From Octopus sinensis (Eukaryota): a DNA stretch of 64,000 bases. This document shows, piece after piece, positions 1 to 12,915 of the stretch. How positions within the stretch are numbered: the first letter of the stretch is position 1; each line of letters begins with the position of its first letter. The stretch is from assembly GCF_006345805.1 (NCBI RefSeq), contig NC_042998.1, forward strand, positions 195,486,001 through 195,550,000. The letters run 5' to 3'. A program made the position numbers and the translations under genes. Under the pieces are notes generated by a model that was given only the letters and a program-made list of their open reading frames with translations, was not told where the DNA came from and ran no database searches.

Positions 1-4
1 AAAT

Positions 5-418
5 CTGTGTGGTAAGTAGCTTGTTTACCAACCACATGGTTCCGGGTTCAGTCCCACTGCGTGGCACCTTGGGGAAGTGTCTACTACTATAGCCTCGGGC
101 CGACCAAAGCCTTGTGAGTGGATTTGGTAGACGGAAACTGAAAGAAGCCCGTCGTATATATGTATATATATATATATATATATGCGTGTGTGTTTGTGTG
201 TCTGTGTTTGTCCCCCTAGCATTGCTTGACTACCGATGCTGGTGTGTTTATGTCCCCGTGTTACTTAAATACTTAGCGGTTCGGCAAAAAAGACCGATAG
301 AATAAGTACTGGGCTTACAAAAAGAATAAGTCCTGGGGTCGAGTTGCTCGATTAAAAGGCGGTGCTCCAGCATGGCCGCGGTCAGATGACTGAAACAAGT
401 AAAAGAGTAAAAGAGTAA
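5..418 (+). mobile_element. tRNA-headed SINE, family A (5' end clipped)
   Basis: A-box-like GTGTGGTAAG, B-box-like GGTTCAGTCCC, TTGGGCAAGTGTC block, internal (TA)n/(TG)n and GAAACAAGTAAAAGAG tail. More than 10 near-identical copies in the window. Confidence 0.85.
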
Positions 419-916
419 CTGTACAAAACCCCAAAACATCAAGGTTTTTTGCGAGGTTGGTGGCATTTTTTCAGTAGTTTGAACAAAATAATGAAATTAA
501 AAAAAAAAAAAACACATTAAAGCAGTGATATTTTTTTTCTGTTTAAAAAAAAATCAGAAGTAAACAAAGTATATACTAACATCCTCACACCCGAACACTC
601 ACACGCCTACAGACCTAACATGGGATTTTCATGTGTAAAAAAAAAATTATGTTATTATGAGTCACTTGTTTACCACTGACTCTTGTGTTTCGTTTATTTT
701 TGGGCAGGTTATTGAGGTCAATCGCTGTTGTCAACATATTGTATGCCCCGCTTTGTTGGTTTCTCCGCGATGTGAGCACAGGAACAGAATCGGAAGTGAG
801 TATAAGAAAAACAACGAAAGGGTCACACCCATACGTATATATGTTTTTTTGGCGATGTTTCGGTTGTCGTAGCACATCGCCGTTTTTTTTTTTTTTTTGC
901 ACGAATGGAACAATAA

Positions 917-955
<39 letters not shown>

Positions 956-1027
956 TACAACACCACGACTAAAGACAGAAAGACACGGATACAAATAAAA
1001 TATAATACACACACACAAAAGACAAAC

Positions 1028-1183
1028 GTGTGGTAAGTCGCTTGCTAACCAACCACATGGTTCCGGGTTCAGTCCAACTGCGTGGCATCTTGGGCAAGTG
1101 TCTTCTGCTATAGCCCCGGGCCGACCAATGCCTTGTGAGTGGATTTGGTAGACGGAAACTGAAAGAAGCATGTCGTATATATG

Positions 1184-1261
<78 letters not shown>

Positions 1262-1480
1262 TTGTGTTTGTGTGTCTGTGTTTGTCCCCCTAGCATTGCC
1301 TGATAACCGATGCTGGTGTGTTTACGTCCCCGTCACTTAGCGGTTCGGCAAAAAGAGACCGATAGAATAAGTACTGGGCTTACAAAGAATAAGTCCCGGG
1401 GTCGATTTGCTCGACTAAAAGCGGTGCTCCAGCATGGCCGCAGTCAAATGACTGAAACAAGTAAAAGAATAAAAGAAAAA
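1028..1480 (+). mobile_element. SINE family A
   Basis: Colinear with 5-418, with a long internal (TA)n. Confidence 0.85.
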
Positions 1481-1519
1481 ATACCAATGATAAATATAAG
1501 ATATAGAGATAAATATGTG

Positions 1520-2032
1520 CCGTAAATCCTCGAGTATAGTCCGCCCTTGAGTATAATACGCAGGGGATCTTTAGCGGGTTGTACCTCTGAAAAACCTAAA
1601 CCTTGTACATAATACGCACCCCTTCTCTAACTTGAGTCAAGGAGGTCTATATAACGTCCTTGGTTTGTAAAACTGTATAGGGCAACGTCCTTTATTATTA
1701 TTGTATATATAACATAATGCAACCGTGTTGCTTTTTTGTGCATTTTGTTTGCAGAAAATAAAGAAATAACAGTAATAACGTTTAATAAATGTTGCTTACT
1801 GCAAGTTATGGATGATTCTTTTATGACTTCATTGCTTTCAGGCTTAGCTTAAGGTATTTTCGCGCCCGACACCACAAAATGTGTCTGAATAAACATTGCC
1901 AGACAGCAAATAGAGACTCGAACATTGCTTAGAAAATATTTTTTCATTTTTAACCTCATATATAGTAGGCACTAGGGATTTTGACCTTTAAATTTTGGGG
2001 GGGAAATGCGGATTATACTCGAGGATTTACGG
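1520..2032. mobile_element. MITE with 25-bp TIRs, pogo/Tc2-like
   Basis: CCGTAAATCCTCGAGTATAGTCCGC (1520-1544) is inverted to GCGGATTATACTCGAGGATTTACGG (2008-2032). TA follows the right end. CCGTA termini are typical of Tc2/pogo elements. No ORF. Confidence 0.7.
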
Positions 2033-2768
2033 TAAACAAAAAAAAAAAAACAACTATATAAACGGCAGGGATACAAATAATATTGTAAGCAAACAAAAAC
2101 ATATATAGTAATTTCACAAACGGCTGCAACAACAAGCGAACAACAGCAAAACAAACAACAACAACAACGATATTAACAACATGAACGAACACACAAACAC
2201 AGAAAGATATAAAAAAAGTCAAGAATAGCAGCAGCAGAGAATACGTAGGTGAGGGGAGGGTAAGAGTAAAGACTAAGAACAACAATAACATAAAGGATAT
2301 AAATAGTGTAGTGGGTAAAGCCCATATAGACACATACTATCACGCATGCGAAATATATAGACACACGAAAGCACGCACACACACACACAGACACACAGAG
2401 AGACAGATGGGATAAAGCAGAGGAGGATGCATGTGGACGGAAAGGGGTCGCTGAAGAGGTCACAGAGGTGTGACGAAAGATTTCCGGACAATGGACATGA
2501 GTTAAAATAAGAACAGTAATAAACGAGTGAAGAAGGAATATATATATAGTGCGTGTGTTAATTTGGTAAAAAAATAAAAAAAAAATGACCGTCCTGAAAT
2601 ATAGCAATATATATATATATATATATAAATATAAACTGGGACAAGAACGCAAGACATTTAGAGGACGATACAAAAAACACGAACGTGACATTCGAAGCCT
2701 TCAATCTTCAGTCAAGAACTGGATCATCCTTGCAATTTCGGCTGATATACATATATATATATATATAT

Positions 2769-3130
2769 AGGCGCAGGAGTGGCTGTGTGGTAAGTAGCTT
2801 GCTTACCAACCACATAGTTCGTGGTTCAGTCCCACTGCGTGGTACCTTGGGCAAGTGTTTTCTACTACAGCCTCGGGCCGACCAAAGCCTTGTAAGTGGA
2901 TTTGGTAAATGGAAACTGAAAGAAGCCCTCGTATATATGTGTGTATATGTGTTTGTCCCCCCAACATCGCTTGACAACTGATGCTGGTGTGTTTACGTCC
3001 CCGTCACTTAGTGATTCGGCAAAGAGACCGATAGAATAAGTACTGGGCTTACAAAGAATAAGTCCTGGTGTCAACTAAAGGCGGTGCTCCAGCATGGCCA
3101 CAGTCAAATGACTGAAACAAATAAAAGAAT
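2769..3130 (+). mobile_element. SINE family A, full head
   Basis: AGGCGCAGGAGTGGCTGTGTGGTAAG head through to the family tail. Confidence 0.85.
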
Positions 3131-3188
3131 ATATATATATATATATATATATGCATATGAAAATTCTTGACCAATGATAATGGTCAGA

Positions 3189-3224
<36 letters not shown>

Positions 3225-3233
<9 letters not shown>

Positions 3234-3875
3234 AAAAATATGGTAAAAAAATTCACTTACCACACACCGAACTTTTCAGAAATAGCAGCCAAAAAATTGG
3301 CTATTTCTCAACTGCAATAAAAGTCTCCAGACAATGCATACTCAGAAAATAACTCACAGAGTATAAGGGAAAAACAATGAAGATCACATCCATATACGAT
3401 ACCCGAGGACAGTCTGTTCTGGATTTGTGGGTAAAACGCCACTTTTCCTTCATCAGCTCAGGATTTCTGATTTAGATTTGAAAATACTAAGAATCTAACA
3501 TACCCGTCCGATATCTGTAAAATCGGACAAACCATGCCAGACACCCGTACTAGCGAATCCAAAAAATTACGAATGAGATCTATTATTCTCCCTGTCCACC
3601 CACGTGAGTCATAGAGCATTACATTTCTACAGAGGTAAAAAAAATGCAGTTCAAATTCTTGGAGATAAAGCATTATATTGTCATCAAAAAAAGGGGTAGA
3701 ATTAATTAATTGTTAATAAATTCGACCAAGCAGTATTCGGTATGTAAAGACCATTTACGGTATATTTGAAGTATTAATTTATAAAAATATGGTAAAGTAA
3801 AAAAATTCACTTTACCACACACCGAACTTTTCAGAAATAGCAGCCAAAAATTTGGCTATTTCTTCAACTGCAAAT
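3225..3875. repeat. ~550-bp interspersed unit plus a partial second copy (unclassified)
   Basis: TAATTTATAAAAATATGGTAAA...CACACCGAACTTTTCAGAAATAGCAGCCAAAAA occurs at ~3225 and again at ~3776. A diverged reverse-complement copy lies at 23446-24015. Confidence 0.55.
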
Positions 3876-3959
3876 AAAAATATATATATATACACACACA
3901 TATATATGAGTGAGTGGATAAACGAACCAATTTATTGGGAGTTACATGTATTGATCACA

Positions 3960-4340
3960 TGTGGCTGTGAGGTAAGAAGTTTACTTCCCAAACCACATTG
4001 TTCGGGGTCTGGTCCAATTGTGTGGCAACTTGGACAAATGCCTTCTACAATAGTCTCGGGCTGACCAAAGCTTTGTGAGAGCATTTGGTAGACGGAAACT
4101 GAAAGAAGCCTGTCACACACGCGTGTGTGTATTGGGAAAGTCCCTTTATGTCTACGTTTGTCCACCACCACCGCTTGCGCCCCCCCCTAACTTTGTGGTT
4201 TGGTAAAACAGATCGATAGAATAAGTATAAGGTTTTAAAAAAAAGTACTGGAGTCAACTTTTTCGAGTAAAGTTCTCCAAGGCGTTGCCCCAATATGGCC
4301 GTGGTCTAATGACTGAAACAAGTGAGAGAAAAATAAAAGA
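3960..4340 (+). mobile_element. Diverged SINE family A
   Basis: Same head, body and tail order with more substitutions. Confidence 0.7.
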
Positions 4341-4445
4341 TAAATGTGTATAATAAGAGAAAAGAACATGGGCCTAAGTTGATACCAATTCATTCCAATT
4401 CTTACATGTTTCAGTATTCAGCAGCACATGACATCACATTACAGA

Positions 4446-4825
4446 TGTAACCAGCAGGTACGGTTTATAAGGCAAACATGGAGCAGATGAGTAGTCAGGC
4501 AATCAATGAATAAAATACAAGTTAGAGACAAGCCGCAACCAGTTTTATATACCCAGGTAGGACATGCCAGATGGGGAAGGGGGTGGTAGGTAAGTAAGAC
4601 AGCTGACATAATCACAGGGTAAACTGGAGTTAGTAGGGACGGGGTAAGACATTAGGTAAGAAAGAGGACTTTGGTTGCTTTTACTTGGCAGTAAAAAGTT
4701 AGTGTTACAATAGCCGACAAGATAAAGTGTTACAATAAAACCTCTTTGAGAACAACAACGTCGTCCTAGTTCCATCCGACCTGTTGGTCATTAACCAGTC
4801 AACCAGATCAAGCCATGTTCCTTCA
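4446..4825 (+). mobile_element. Possible solo LTR
   Basis: TGTAAC...TTCA ends, TTTATATA at ~4543 and AATAAA at ~4734. No convincing TSD. Confidence 0.25.
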
Positions 4826-4914
4826 AGGAATAGGGAATGAATGATATTGTTGAGTATACCTGAGTATCACCATTTTGAATATTTTTGTTTATATATTCCA
4901 TTGTAAAAAGATTC

Positions 4915-5152
4915 GAGCGAGGTCATTGCCAGTACCGCCTGACTGGCCCTGGTGCTGGTGGCACGTAAAAAACACCCACTACACTCTTGGAGTGGTTGGC
5001 ATTAGGAAGGGCATCCAGCTGTAGAAACTCTGCCAGATCAAGATTGGAGCCTGGTGCAGCCATCTGGTTTGCCAGCCCTCAGTCAAAATCGTCCAACCCA
5101 TGCCAGCATGGAAAGCGGACGTTAAACGATGATGCTGCCGATGATGATGATG
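4915..5152 (+). mobile_element. Family B repeat (RTE LINE 3'-UTR type)
   Basis: GGCACGTAAAAA-CACCCACTACACTC...GGAAGGGCATCCAGCTGTAGAAA...GTTAAAC(GAT)n. Confidence 0.8.
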
Positions 5153-5598
5153 TAATTTCCTGTCTTCATACCACAAGTCAGGAAACCTTTCACTTCCTCT
5201 TGACACGGATTCAGCCCTCTTCCCACAAAATAGAAACACATCCCTTTCCACATTGAGCATACGCACAGCCAAAATCATTTCCCTCCTGACTCATACCGTC
5301 TTCTTTTTCTTCTTCTTTTCTCCAGGCGATATTAAGTCACACTCAGAAAGGAAACAGTAAATACACAGATGATGAAGATAGCGGCAACTTCAGTTATCAT
5401 CGATTTGAAAACGAATGATAACAAGAGCACAATAAAAAGATGCTGAATAAACCACTTACCTGTGCTCAGGAATAAAATATGTTAAAACCAGTATACGGTC
5501 AAATAAAAGATGGAAAGCATCAGATTATAACCTCAACTGCATTTAATGTTTTTTTCTTTACGCTTTTAAAAAAAAATTCTCCTTATACTATACATTGA

Positions 5599-5961
5599 GA
5601 GGCGGTTGGATGGAACCTACACTCGCCTCCTTATGAGAGCTCAAAATCTCTCGTGGAAGCGCCATCCAACCAAAATGCAAATATATGGGAAACTACCACC
5701 TGTGTCATCTCTTGTGAAAGGTAGGAGAGTCCAGTTTGCTGGACATTGTTGTAGAGCTGAAAAAGAGGTAATTTCTACTCTCCTCCTCTGGAAGCCATCT
5801 ACTCGCAATGCCAGAGGGCGCACACTCTCCTACCCTGATGTAATCTCCAGGGATACAGGCATCCAGCAACAGGACCTCCGTAATGCCATGATGGACCATG
5901 AAGTCTGGCGTAGCATGGTAAATTCCATTGTCTCGACCACGGTCGAACAATGATGATGATG
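5599..5961 (+). mobile_element. 5'-truncated RTE/RTE-X-type LINE 3' end
   Basis: ORF2 C-terminus (RRVQFAGHCCR...RGRTLSY...DHEVWRSMV), (TGA)n tail, and TSD ATACATTGA at 5590-5598 and 5962-5970. Confidence 0.8.
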
Positions 5962-6383
5962 ATACATTGACAGACAGTTCTAGAGTTATATGTGAGAGAC
6001 TTCGAGATTCCTGCTCAGAAAGGGCAATAATACAAACGCACATAAGTTGCACCATGCACGATCCGACAATCATTCAAATTCATATGACATGACTACTTTC
6101 TTGGAAAATATATGAAGAAGCGTTCTAAGAGAAAGGATGGTAATTGTATTCCTAGAAGCTAGGCTATATCTCTTTAAATTAAAAGTTGAGTATGCTAAAA
6201 GGCCAGCCTACTCAGTCAGAATATTGTTGATGTTGAATATATAATGCGTTTTATCTTGTGAATATGTGTCATAAAGAATGTCAAAATGTACATCTAGCAA
6301 GGGTAGTTGAATGGTGAAAATGGTACCGACCTTTGAAAATCAAGGTCAGAGATATTTACGAGATGTATACAAGATGTATATGT

Positions 6384-6786
6384 GTAGGAGTGGCTGTGTG
6401 GTAAGTAGCTTGCTAACCAACCACATGGTTCCGGGTTCAGTCCCAATGCGTGGCACCTTGGGCAAGTGTCTTCTACTATAGCTTCGGACCGACCAAAGCC
6501 TTGTGAGTGGATTTGGTAGACAGAAACTGAAAGAAGCCTGTCGTATATATGTATATATATATATATATATATGCGTGTGTGTGTTTGTGTGTCTGTGTTT
6601 GTCCCCCTAGCATTGCTTGACAACCGATGCCAGTGTGTTTATGTGCCCGTTACTTAGCTGTTCGGCAAAAGAGACCGATAGAATAAGTACTGGGCTTACA
6701 AAAGAACAAGTCCCGGGGTCGAGTTGCTTGATTAAAGGCGGTGCTCCAGCATGGCCGCAGTCAAATGATTGAAACAAATAAAAGAG
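6384..6786 (+). mobile_element. SINE family A
   Basis: Complete colinear copy. Confidence 0.85.
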
Positions 6787-6914
6787 TATCTCAATATATT
6801 TCCATTATCAAGTTCGAGGACGCTTACTTCACCAGGTTAGACACATGGTTAAACATACATTTGCCCCTCCCCCTCATACAACTATCCCTGCGAGATGTAG
6901 ATATTCTTTTGTAC

Positions 6915-7430
6915 TCTAGGCACAAGGCCTGAAATTTCAGGGGTGGGAGCCAGTCAATTAGATCAACCCAAGTACAGAACTGGTACTTAATTTATCAACC
7001 CCGAAAGGATGAGAAGCAAAGTTGACCTCGGTGGAATCTGAACTCAGAACGTAAAGACAGACGAAATACCTATTTCTTTACTACTCACAAGGGGCTTAAC
7101 ACAGAGAGGACAAACAAGGACAGACAAATGGATTAAGTCGATTACATCGACCCCAGTGCATAACTGGTACTTAATTTATCGACCCCGAAAGGATGAAAGG
7201 CAAAGTCGACCTCGGCGGAATTTGAACTTAGAACGTAACGGCAGACGAAATACCACATTGGGGTCGATATAATCGACTTAATCCGTTTGTCTGTTCTTGC
7301 TTGTCCTCTCTGTGGGCAGTAAAGAAATAGGTATTTCGTCTGCAGTTACGTTCTCAGTTCAAATTCTGCCGAGGTCGACTTTGCCTTTCATCCTTTCGGG
7401 GTCGATTAAATAAGTACCAGTTTCGCACCA
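6915..7430. mobile_element. Cluster of family E SINEs (two minus, one plus)
   Basis: B-box GAGTTCAAATTCCGCC followed by GACTTTGCCTTTCATCCTTTCGGGGTCGATAAATTAAGTACC, a block resembling the conserved central domains of widespread animal SINEs. Confidence 0.8.
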
Positions 7431-7679
7431 TTTGCACTCTCTCTCTTACCAGCAATCATTGCCTTTAGCATGTCCTCACATCATGATGCCAGTGTAATGA
7501 CGGGCTGCATCGGACCCATTATGGTCTGATACAACCATCTATTTAGCCTTTTGTGCTACCAGCCACCATTCCACCTTCAAATCATTGTTGTTTCTTTTAC
7601 CATCGCAGTTTTAACTATCCATCACTCACGCTCAACCCTACCAGTCTATATACACCTTAAAATTTCAAATAAATTTATT

Positions 7680-8700
7680 TTAATATGGGACAGGACCGCC
7701 TTTGGAAGTAATTACAGCCTGAATTCTACGAGGAGTGAACTCGTACAAAGTTTGAATTGTTTCCAAAGGAATTCTTGTCCCTTCTTCAGCTAAAAGAGTC
7801 TCCAGTTCTTGTAGTGATGATAGTGGGGGATATCGACTCGTTACTTGTTTTTCTAAAATGCACCATAAATGTTCAATAATATTGGGATTTGGGGACTGCG
7901 GTGGCCAGATAAGATGTTCTGCTTCACTTGAATGTTCCTTGTGCCATTCAGTAACAACTTTAGCTGTGTGAATTGGTGCATTATCATCCAGAAAGATTGT
8001 GTTACCCTCCGGAAACAGTTCCACAACCATAGGATGAATTTGATCAAGTAAAATGCTTCAATAGTCTTGATTATTAATTCTGCCATGAAGGGAAACCACT
8101 GGGCCGGTGGATTTCCAAGATATAGCCCCCACCAGATCATTACAGATCCTCCTCCATGTTTAACAGTTGGAAGAAAGCAGTCTGGGTCAAATGCTTCTTT
8201 TGACTGTCTCTACATGTATACTCGGCCGGTGGTCGGAAATATGGTAAAGGATGACTTGACTGAGAAAATAACATTCTTCTACTACTCTAGGGACTAATTC
8301 TGTAGGTTTTTACTCTATTCTAAATGCTTTGCAACATTTGTTTTTGAAAGTAGTGGTTTTCTGATTGCAGTCCTGTGAAATCCAGCTTTGTGCAGCTCCC
8401 AGCGAACAGTTTTTGTGGAAACTGGGTTCTCAAGGTGGTCATTAAGCTCTGCAGAAATTTTGGGAGCTGTACTTTTGTGATCCTTTCTTAGAATTTGCTT
8501 AAGAGTCCGACGGTCCCTATCTGAAAGTTTTGGTTTTCTTCTGAAGTTTTGTTTCAACGAGGTTTTTCCTTCTTTCTCAAAGGCTGTCATTACTTTCGAG
8601 ACAGTACTTCTTGATACACCAAACATTTCGGTTATTTCTGTTACGCTAGTGCCTACCATATGAGCACCAACAATTTGATCTCATTGAAAGTCAGATAGAT
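7680..8700 (-). pseudogene. Degenerate Tc1-family (DD34E) transposase
   Basis: HTH/NLS region (GVSRSTVSKV...RRKPKLSDRDRR) and catalytic region (FLDDNAPIHTAK...WPPQSPNPNIIEHLW...SKGGPVPY*), broken by frameshifts. Confidence 0.9.
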
Positions 8701-10325
8701 GACATTTTAATGAATTTTAATTACCTTTTTCTGATGATATCTGAAAAGAGACGGCAATTTTAGCAAAACATTGCCACAATGAAAATGCACATTTTACTCT
8801 CTAAAATGGCTGGCGAATGATTGGGATCTCCGTAACTAAAGACAAGTATTTAGTGCCAAAGAAATGTATCCAGTGTTAAGAAATGTGTCGAACAGTCTAA
8901 CAATCAGAAGAAAAGAAAGAAGTGATATGCATTTCCATGATGCATCTAAGACAGAAACTAAAGTGTATTATTGAAGAAGTAATCTATCTTGGTGTTAAAT
9001 AGCTGACGGATTATCTGTGAAACAAATGAGATATATGTGGTGATAGTCTAAAATAGTTCAACAACCAATAAATATTTATAGTAATTAATTTAAGATAACG
9101 GAGATAACCTGCCACTTGTTGGGTTTACTTGAGATGCATCCGCTGCACATCGTTTTCCTCAGCATTAATCAAAGTGTGCACCTTTGTACATGACTTGAAT
9201 GGCACTCATAAGCCAGCTGTCTGACCCCAGTTTTAGCAACCACTAGATTACAAAACGAACGACCCTGTCAAAGGTCTTTTTCCAGAGGTCAACAAATTCA
9301 GTTTTTTTTTCAATAATATCTTGACTTACTTTTGCACCAAAGTTAAAATCCGTAAGACACATATAAAAGCTGTAAGTAAATACTGTGAAGAATTCTCTTT
9401 GACTCCGTTGCTTCTGCCAGTCCGCTGCCAAAGTATCAATTGTCTCAACAGATCAATAGAAAGTAAAATTAAAACAAAATAAAACAGCAAATACAGAATA
9501 TAATTTATTAGATTTCTTTGGCCCAAAGGTTATATTGTTCAACTGAAAAAAAGCTACTGGATGTGTATTCCAGTACGTACAGGCAAATTAAATGCATAAG
9601 TAACACATATACCCACATACATACATACATACATACATACATACATACACACACATTCGCACCCATATACACTTACATATACAAATACACATGTTCATAC
9701 ATATTTAATCCCCTATTCTTAGCTGACCTTAGTGGGCCAGAGATGTGTACATGTATGCATGTCTCTGATATTGTGTGAAGCTGTAGATAGATGTATGATA
9801 CATATAGAATTTATAGATGAGAATAGATATTTATGTAGGCGTGACATGTTGAATTTTTTTCTTTGCTGTTGCTGCTGTTGTTGTTGTTGTTGTTGTTGGT
9901 GTGGTCCATCTCCTCTTGTGTGATTTCTCATTTTTGCCATTCCACATATGAACAACCACTGGTAAAACACAACATAGGTTTGGTCAAACAAAGCTGGAAG
10001 AGGTACACATAAAAGAAGGCAGTGAGTGTTGTTATATCCAACGGAAACACTCACCTGTGTTTATCAAAAGCTACCGGCTCCTATTTAAGATTCCAACCAT
10101 TTCAAACAAGCACCAAATGTTTATATTAATGCTAACTACAACACTTTGATGCCATGAAATTTCGAAACCCTTTTGTTTTTATGTATTTTATCCAATTAAT
10201 GCTTTCATACAACAACAACTCTTATTGGTGTTGTTTTCACTGTTCTTTTTTCTTTGTAATAAATATATTTAAAAAGTATCTATAACCAATGGCGAAAAAA
10301 ATCTTAAGCCACAGAAATCTTTCCT

Positions 10326-10601
10326 TCAAGACGATAAAGGTGCCATAGCATTTATTTCTCGCTCTGACATTGGCATGGATCTTTTGAAAAACCAGGAAAT
10401 TGCACTGGCCGAGGAATTCAAGTCAGATGCAGGTTGCTTATGGTCCGAGGAATCTCTTTGAAGCATAGAGATCGGCTCCGCATGGTTTGTCGAGGGCTTA
10501 GAGAATTTCTGTAAAAGTGAAGATTCCTCCATGCCGGAGGTAATCTTTCTCTCTGGTCCAGACATGGTGTACATTGGGAAATCCAGAAGTCCAGAAAAAT
10601 T
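10326..10601 (-). CDS. Candidate terminal coding exon of uncharacterised gene 1 (NFSGLLDFPMYTMSGPERK...WFFKRSMPMSEREINAMAPLSS*)
   Basis: Acceptor ATTTTTACTTAAATTTCAG|AAT in phase 0, an open 92-codon frame in unique sequence, and a C-terminal motif shared with 47615-48204. Confidence 0.6.
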   Translation of the reverse strand, partial: NFSGLLDFPMYTMSGPERKITSGMEESSLLQKFSKPSTNHAEPISMLQRDSSDHKQPASDLNSSASAISWFFKRSMPMSEREINAMAPLSS

Positions 10602-10799
10602 CTGAAATTTAAGTAAAAATATAAAAATTTTCAAAAAGAAAAACAAAGGCAATAGACACATATATAATCATAAAGGTGGTTAACAGAGATGGGATTTTAT
10701 ACATATTACACACAGACACACACAATCACAGTTTCTTAAGCACTATCCATGTATTAGGGTGCATTTTGGTAGAGGTGGACAGGCATTCTGTAGCACCAT

Positions 10800-11200
10800 A
10801 TATTGATGTCACTATGTTTCTTCTTCTCTTTTGTTATTTCAGGTCAACCTTCCCTCTTTTGTCCTAAGCCTTCTTTGGTCATTCTGTTCCACAACTTCCA
10901 TTAATTTGGAGCATGTGGCCCCTTTATATGCAACAGTCATCTTCCATATGCCTCACTGGCCCTTTACAGTACAGCAACCTCTTTTGCACACTACACCCGA
11001 TTCCTTTTATACCCAGGTTTTCTCTTAGCTCATTTATACTCTGGTGTTCATGCACACAAACACTACACACCCATCACAGCGTTTCTTTCAAGTCTCCAGC
11101 AGTTAAGGCCCACGTCTCGCTACTAAGCAAACTTCACTGTTCTAACAAGTGTTGTACAATCTGATCTTCACCCTGCACTTATTGATGGCAGGCATCCAGA
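10800..11200 (-). pseudogene. Highly degenerate RTE ORF2 C-terminal fragment
   Basis: Pieces translate like ...CVRTV...ETWALTA.D.... and align by eye with the RTE end at 19313-19588. Confidence 0.45.
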
Positions 11201-11589
11201 GTACTGTTTAGGATTAGTAAAGGATGTTGATACATCTATTTCTGTTTATGTGTGTTTTGTTCCCTTGGATGACATTGGTGGGAGGGAGAAAGGGAGATTT
11301 CCTACCCAGACAACTGCTGGTCTTCCATGAAGAAACTTTGCACAGTAAAGTGACCTAGACAGGAACTTTCTAGGTTTCATGCCCCTACTTACTATAACCC
11401 CCTTACATACCTCTATATCTCTCTCTCTCTCCACTGCTCCAACACTTTGCACATCACTCAACAATGTTTTGACCTATTCCCCTTCCTGAAACACTACTAT
11501 ACATCTCACCTTACCCATCTCCACACTTATTTCCCTCAACTGCACCTCCACCCTTGTTCATCACACACTACATTCACCTCCAGTGACAG

Positions 11590-12025
11590 CCAGCTGGAAG
11601 GTCTTTTTTTGTGCCCTCAGGTGTTAAAATTAACACCCAGTGATACATTAGCAACATTCTGGAAGTTGAACTGTTTCCATGGGTGAATGAGCACTTTCAA
11701 TGTATACCTTGGAGTGTCCAGCAAGACTTGACACCATCCCACAGCACCAAATAAATACAACACTGGATTCAGAAAAACATTGTCATTCATAGGTAAGGAT
11801 GTATGGCCCTCAAGAAACCCTTATCTCAACCTGGTGGATTTTTGTGTTTGGTCCATTTTGGAGATATAAGTCTCAAGCATTCCTCATGCTTAGCTCAATG
11901 CTCTGAAGGCAAAACTGTGCCAAGAATGGGCTTCGATTCAGCAAGAACAGCTGTGTGCCACGTGTGAAGCATTCACACCTAGACTTAAGGCTGTGATTTG
12001 AAACAGAGGTGGTCATATCGAATAA
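11590..12025 (+). pseudogene. Tc1/mariner transposase C-terminal relic, maT (DD37D)-like
   Basis: GVKINTQ*YISNILEVELFPW...WSVQQDLTPSH...FIGKDVWPSRNPYLNLVDFCVWSILE...AFTPRLKAVI*NRGGHIE*. Confidence 0.7.
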
Positions 12026-12624
12026 ATGTGGCAGTGTCCTGATTGTGTTTAGTATTGCACTGCAACACTCAGACCCAAAATTATAACAATTATTTTGCTT
12101 TGGTAAAATTGGAAAAAGTTGGTTTCCTTAATTTTGGGAGTGTGTGTGTGTGTATGGGTATGTATATATGTATGTGTGTGTCTGTATGTATACATAGTTT
12201 CCATTTACCAATTTCATCCAAAAGACATTAGCCAATCTGAGGCTTATAGTAGAAAACATATGCTCATAGTTTCACACACTGGGATGGAACCCAAAATCAT
12301 GCAGTTATGAAGTGAAATTTTTATCTGCATGACCATACATGTATCTAGGATTCAAAATCAAAATTAGAAAGAAAAAAAGACTAGTTTCTCAGAGATATAA
12401 CATAAACATGACAGTGATGAACTTTAACAGAAAGACAAAACTTCTTTACAGATTACCAAAATAGAGAAAATGTATATCAGATTCTCCTCTGTAATCACTA
12501 ACTCCTGTTGCCACTGCACACCACCAGATTATACTAAATAGGCCATGAGATTAGGATCAAGAAAAACTAGTATTCCATCAAAATATTTCTAAGTTAATAT
12601 TACTATTATATTCATCATAATCAT

Positions 12625-12915
12625 CATTGTTTAACGTCTGTTTTCCATGCTAGCAAGGGTTGGACGATTTGACTGAGGACTGGCGAACCAGATGGCTGCA
12701 CCAGGCTCCAATCTGATCTGGCAGAGTTTCTACAGCTGGATGCCCTTCCTAACGCCAACTACTCCAAGAATGTAGTGGGTGCTTTTAAAGTACCACCGGC
12801 ACAAGAGCCAGTCTGGCGGTACTGGCAACGGCCACGCTCGAAAATGGTGTTTTTTACGTGCCACCTGCACAGGAGTCAGTCCAGCAGCACTGGCAACGAC
12901 CTCGCTCGAATGTTT
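12625..12915 (-). mobile_element. Family B repeat
   Basis: Reverse-strand copy with a (CAT)n start and GGATGCCCTTCCTAACGCCAAC. Confidence 0.8.

Noticed and set aside
25-3263. Many ORFs with YIYI, CVCV or HTHT runs, here and throughout the window
   Set aside because: They are translations of (TA)n, (TG)n and (CA)n microsatellites and SINE bodies, recurring in every repeat copy.
9719-10054. Poly-Q ORF on the minus strand
   Set aside because: It starts at a GTG inside a splice-donor motif, is otherwise non-coding in composition, and is a (CAA/CAG)n tract in probable UTR or intron.
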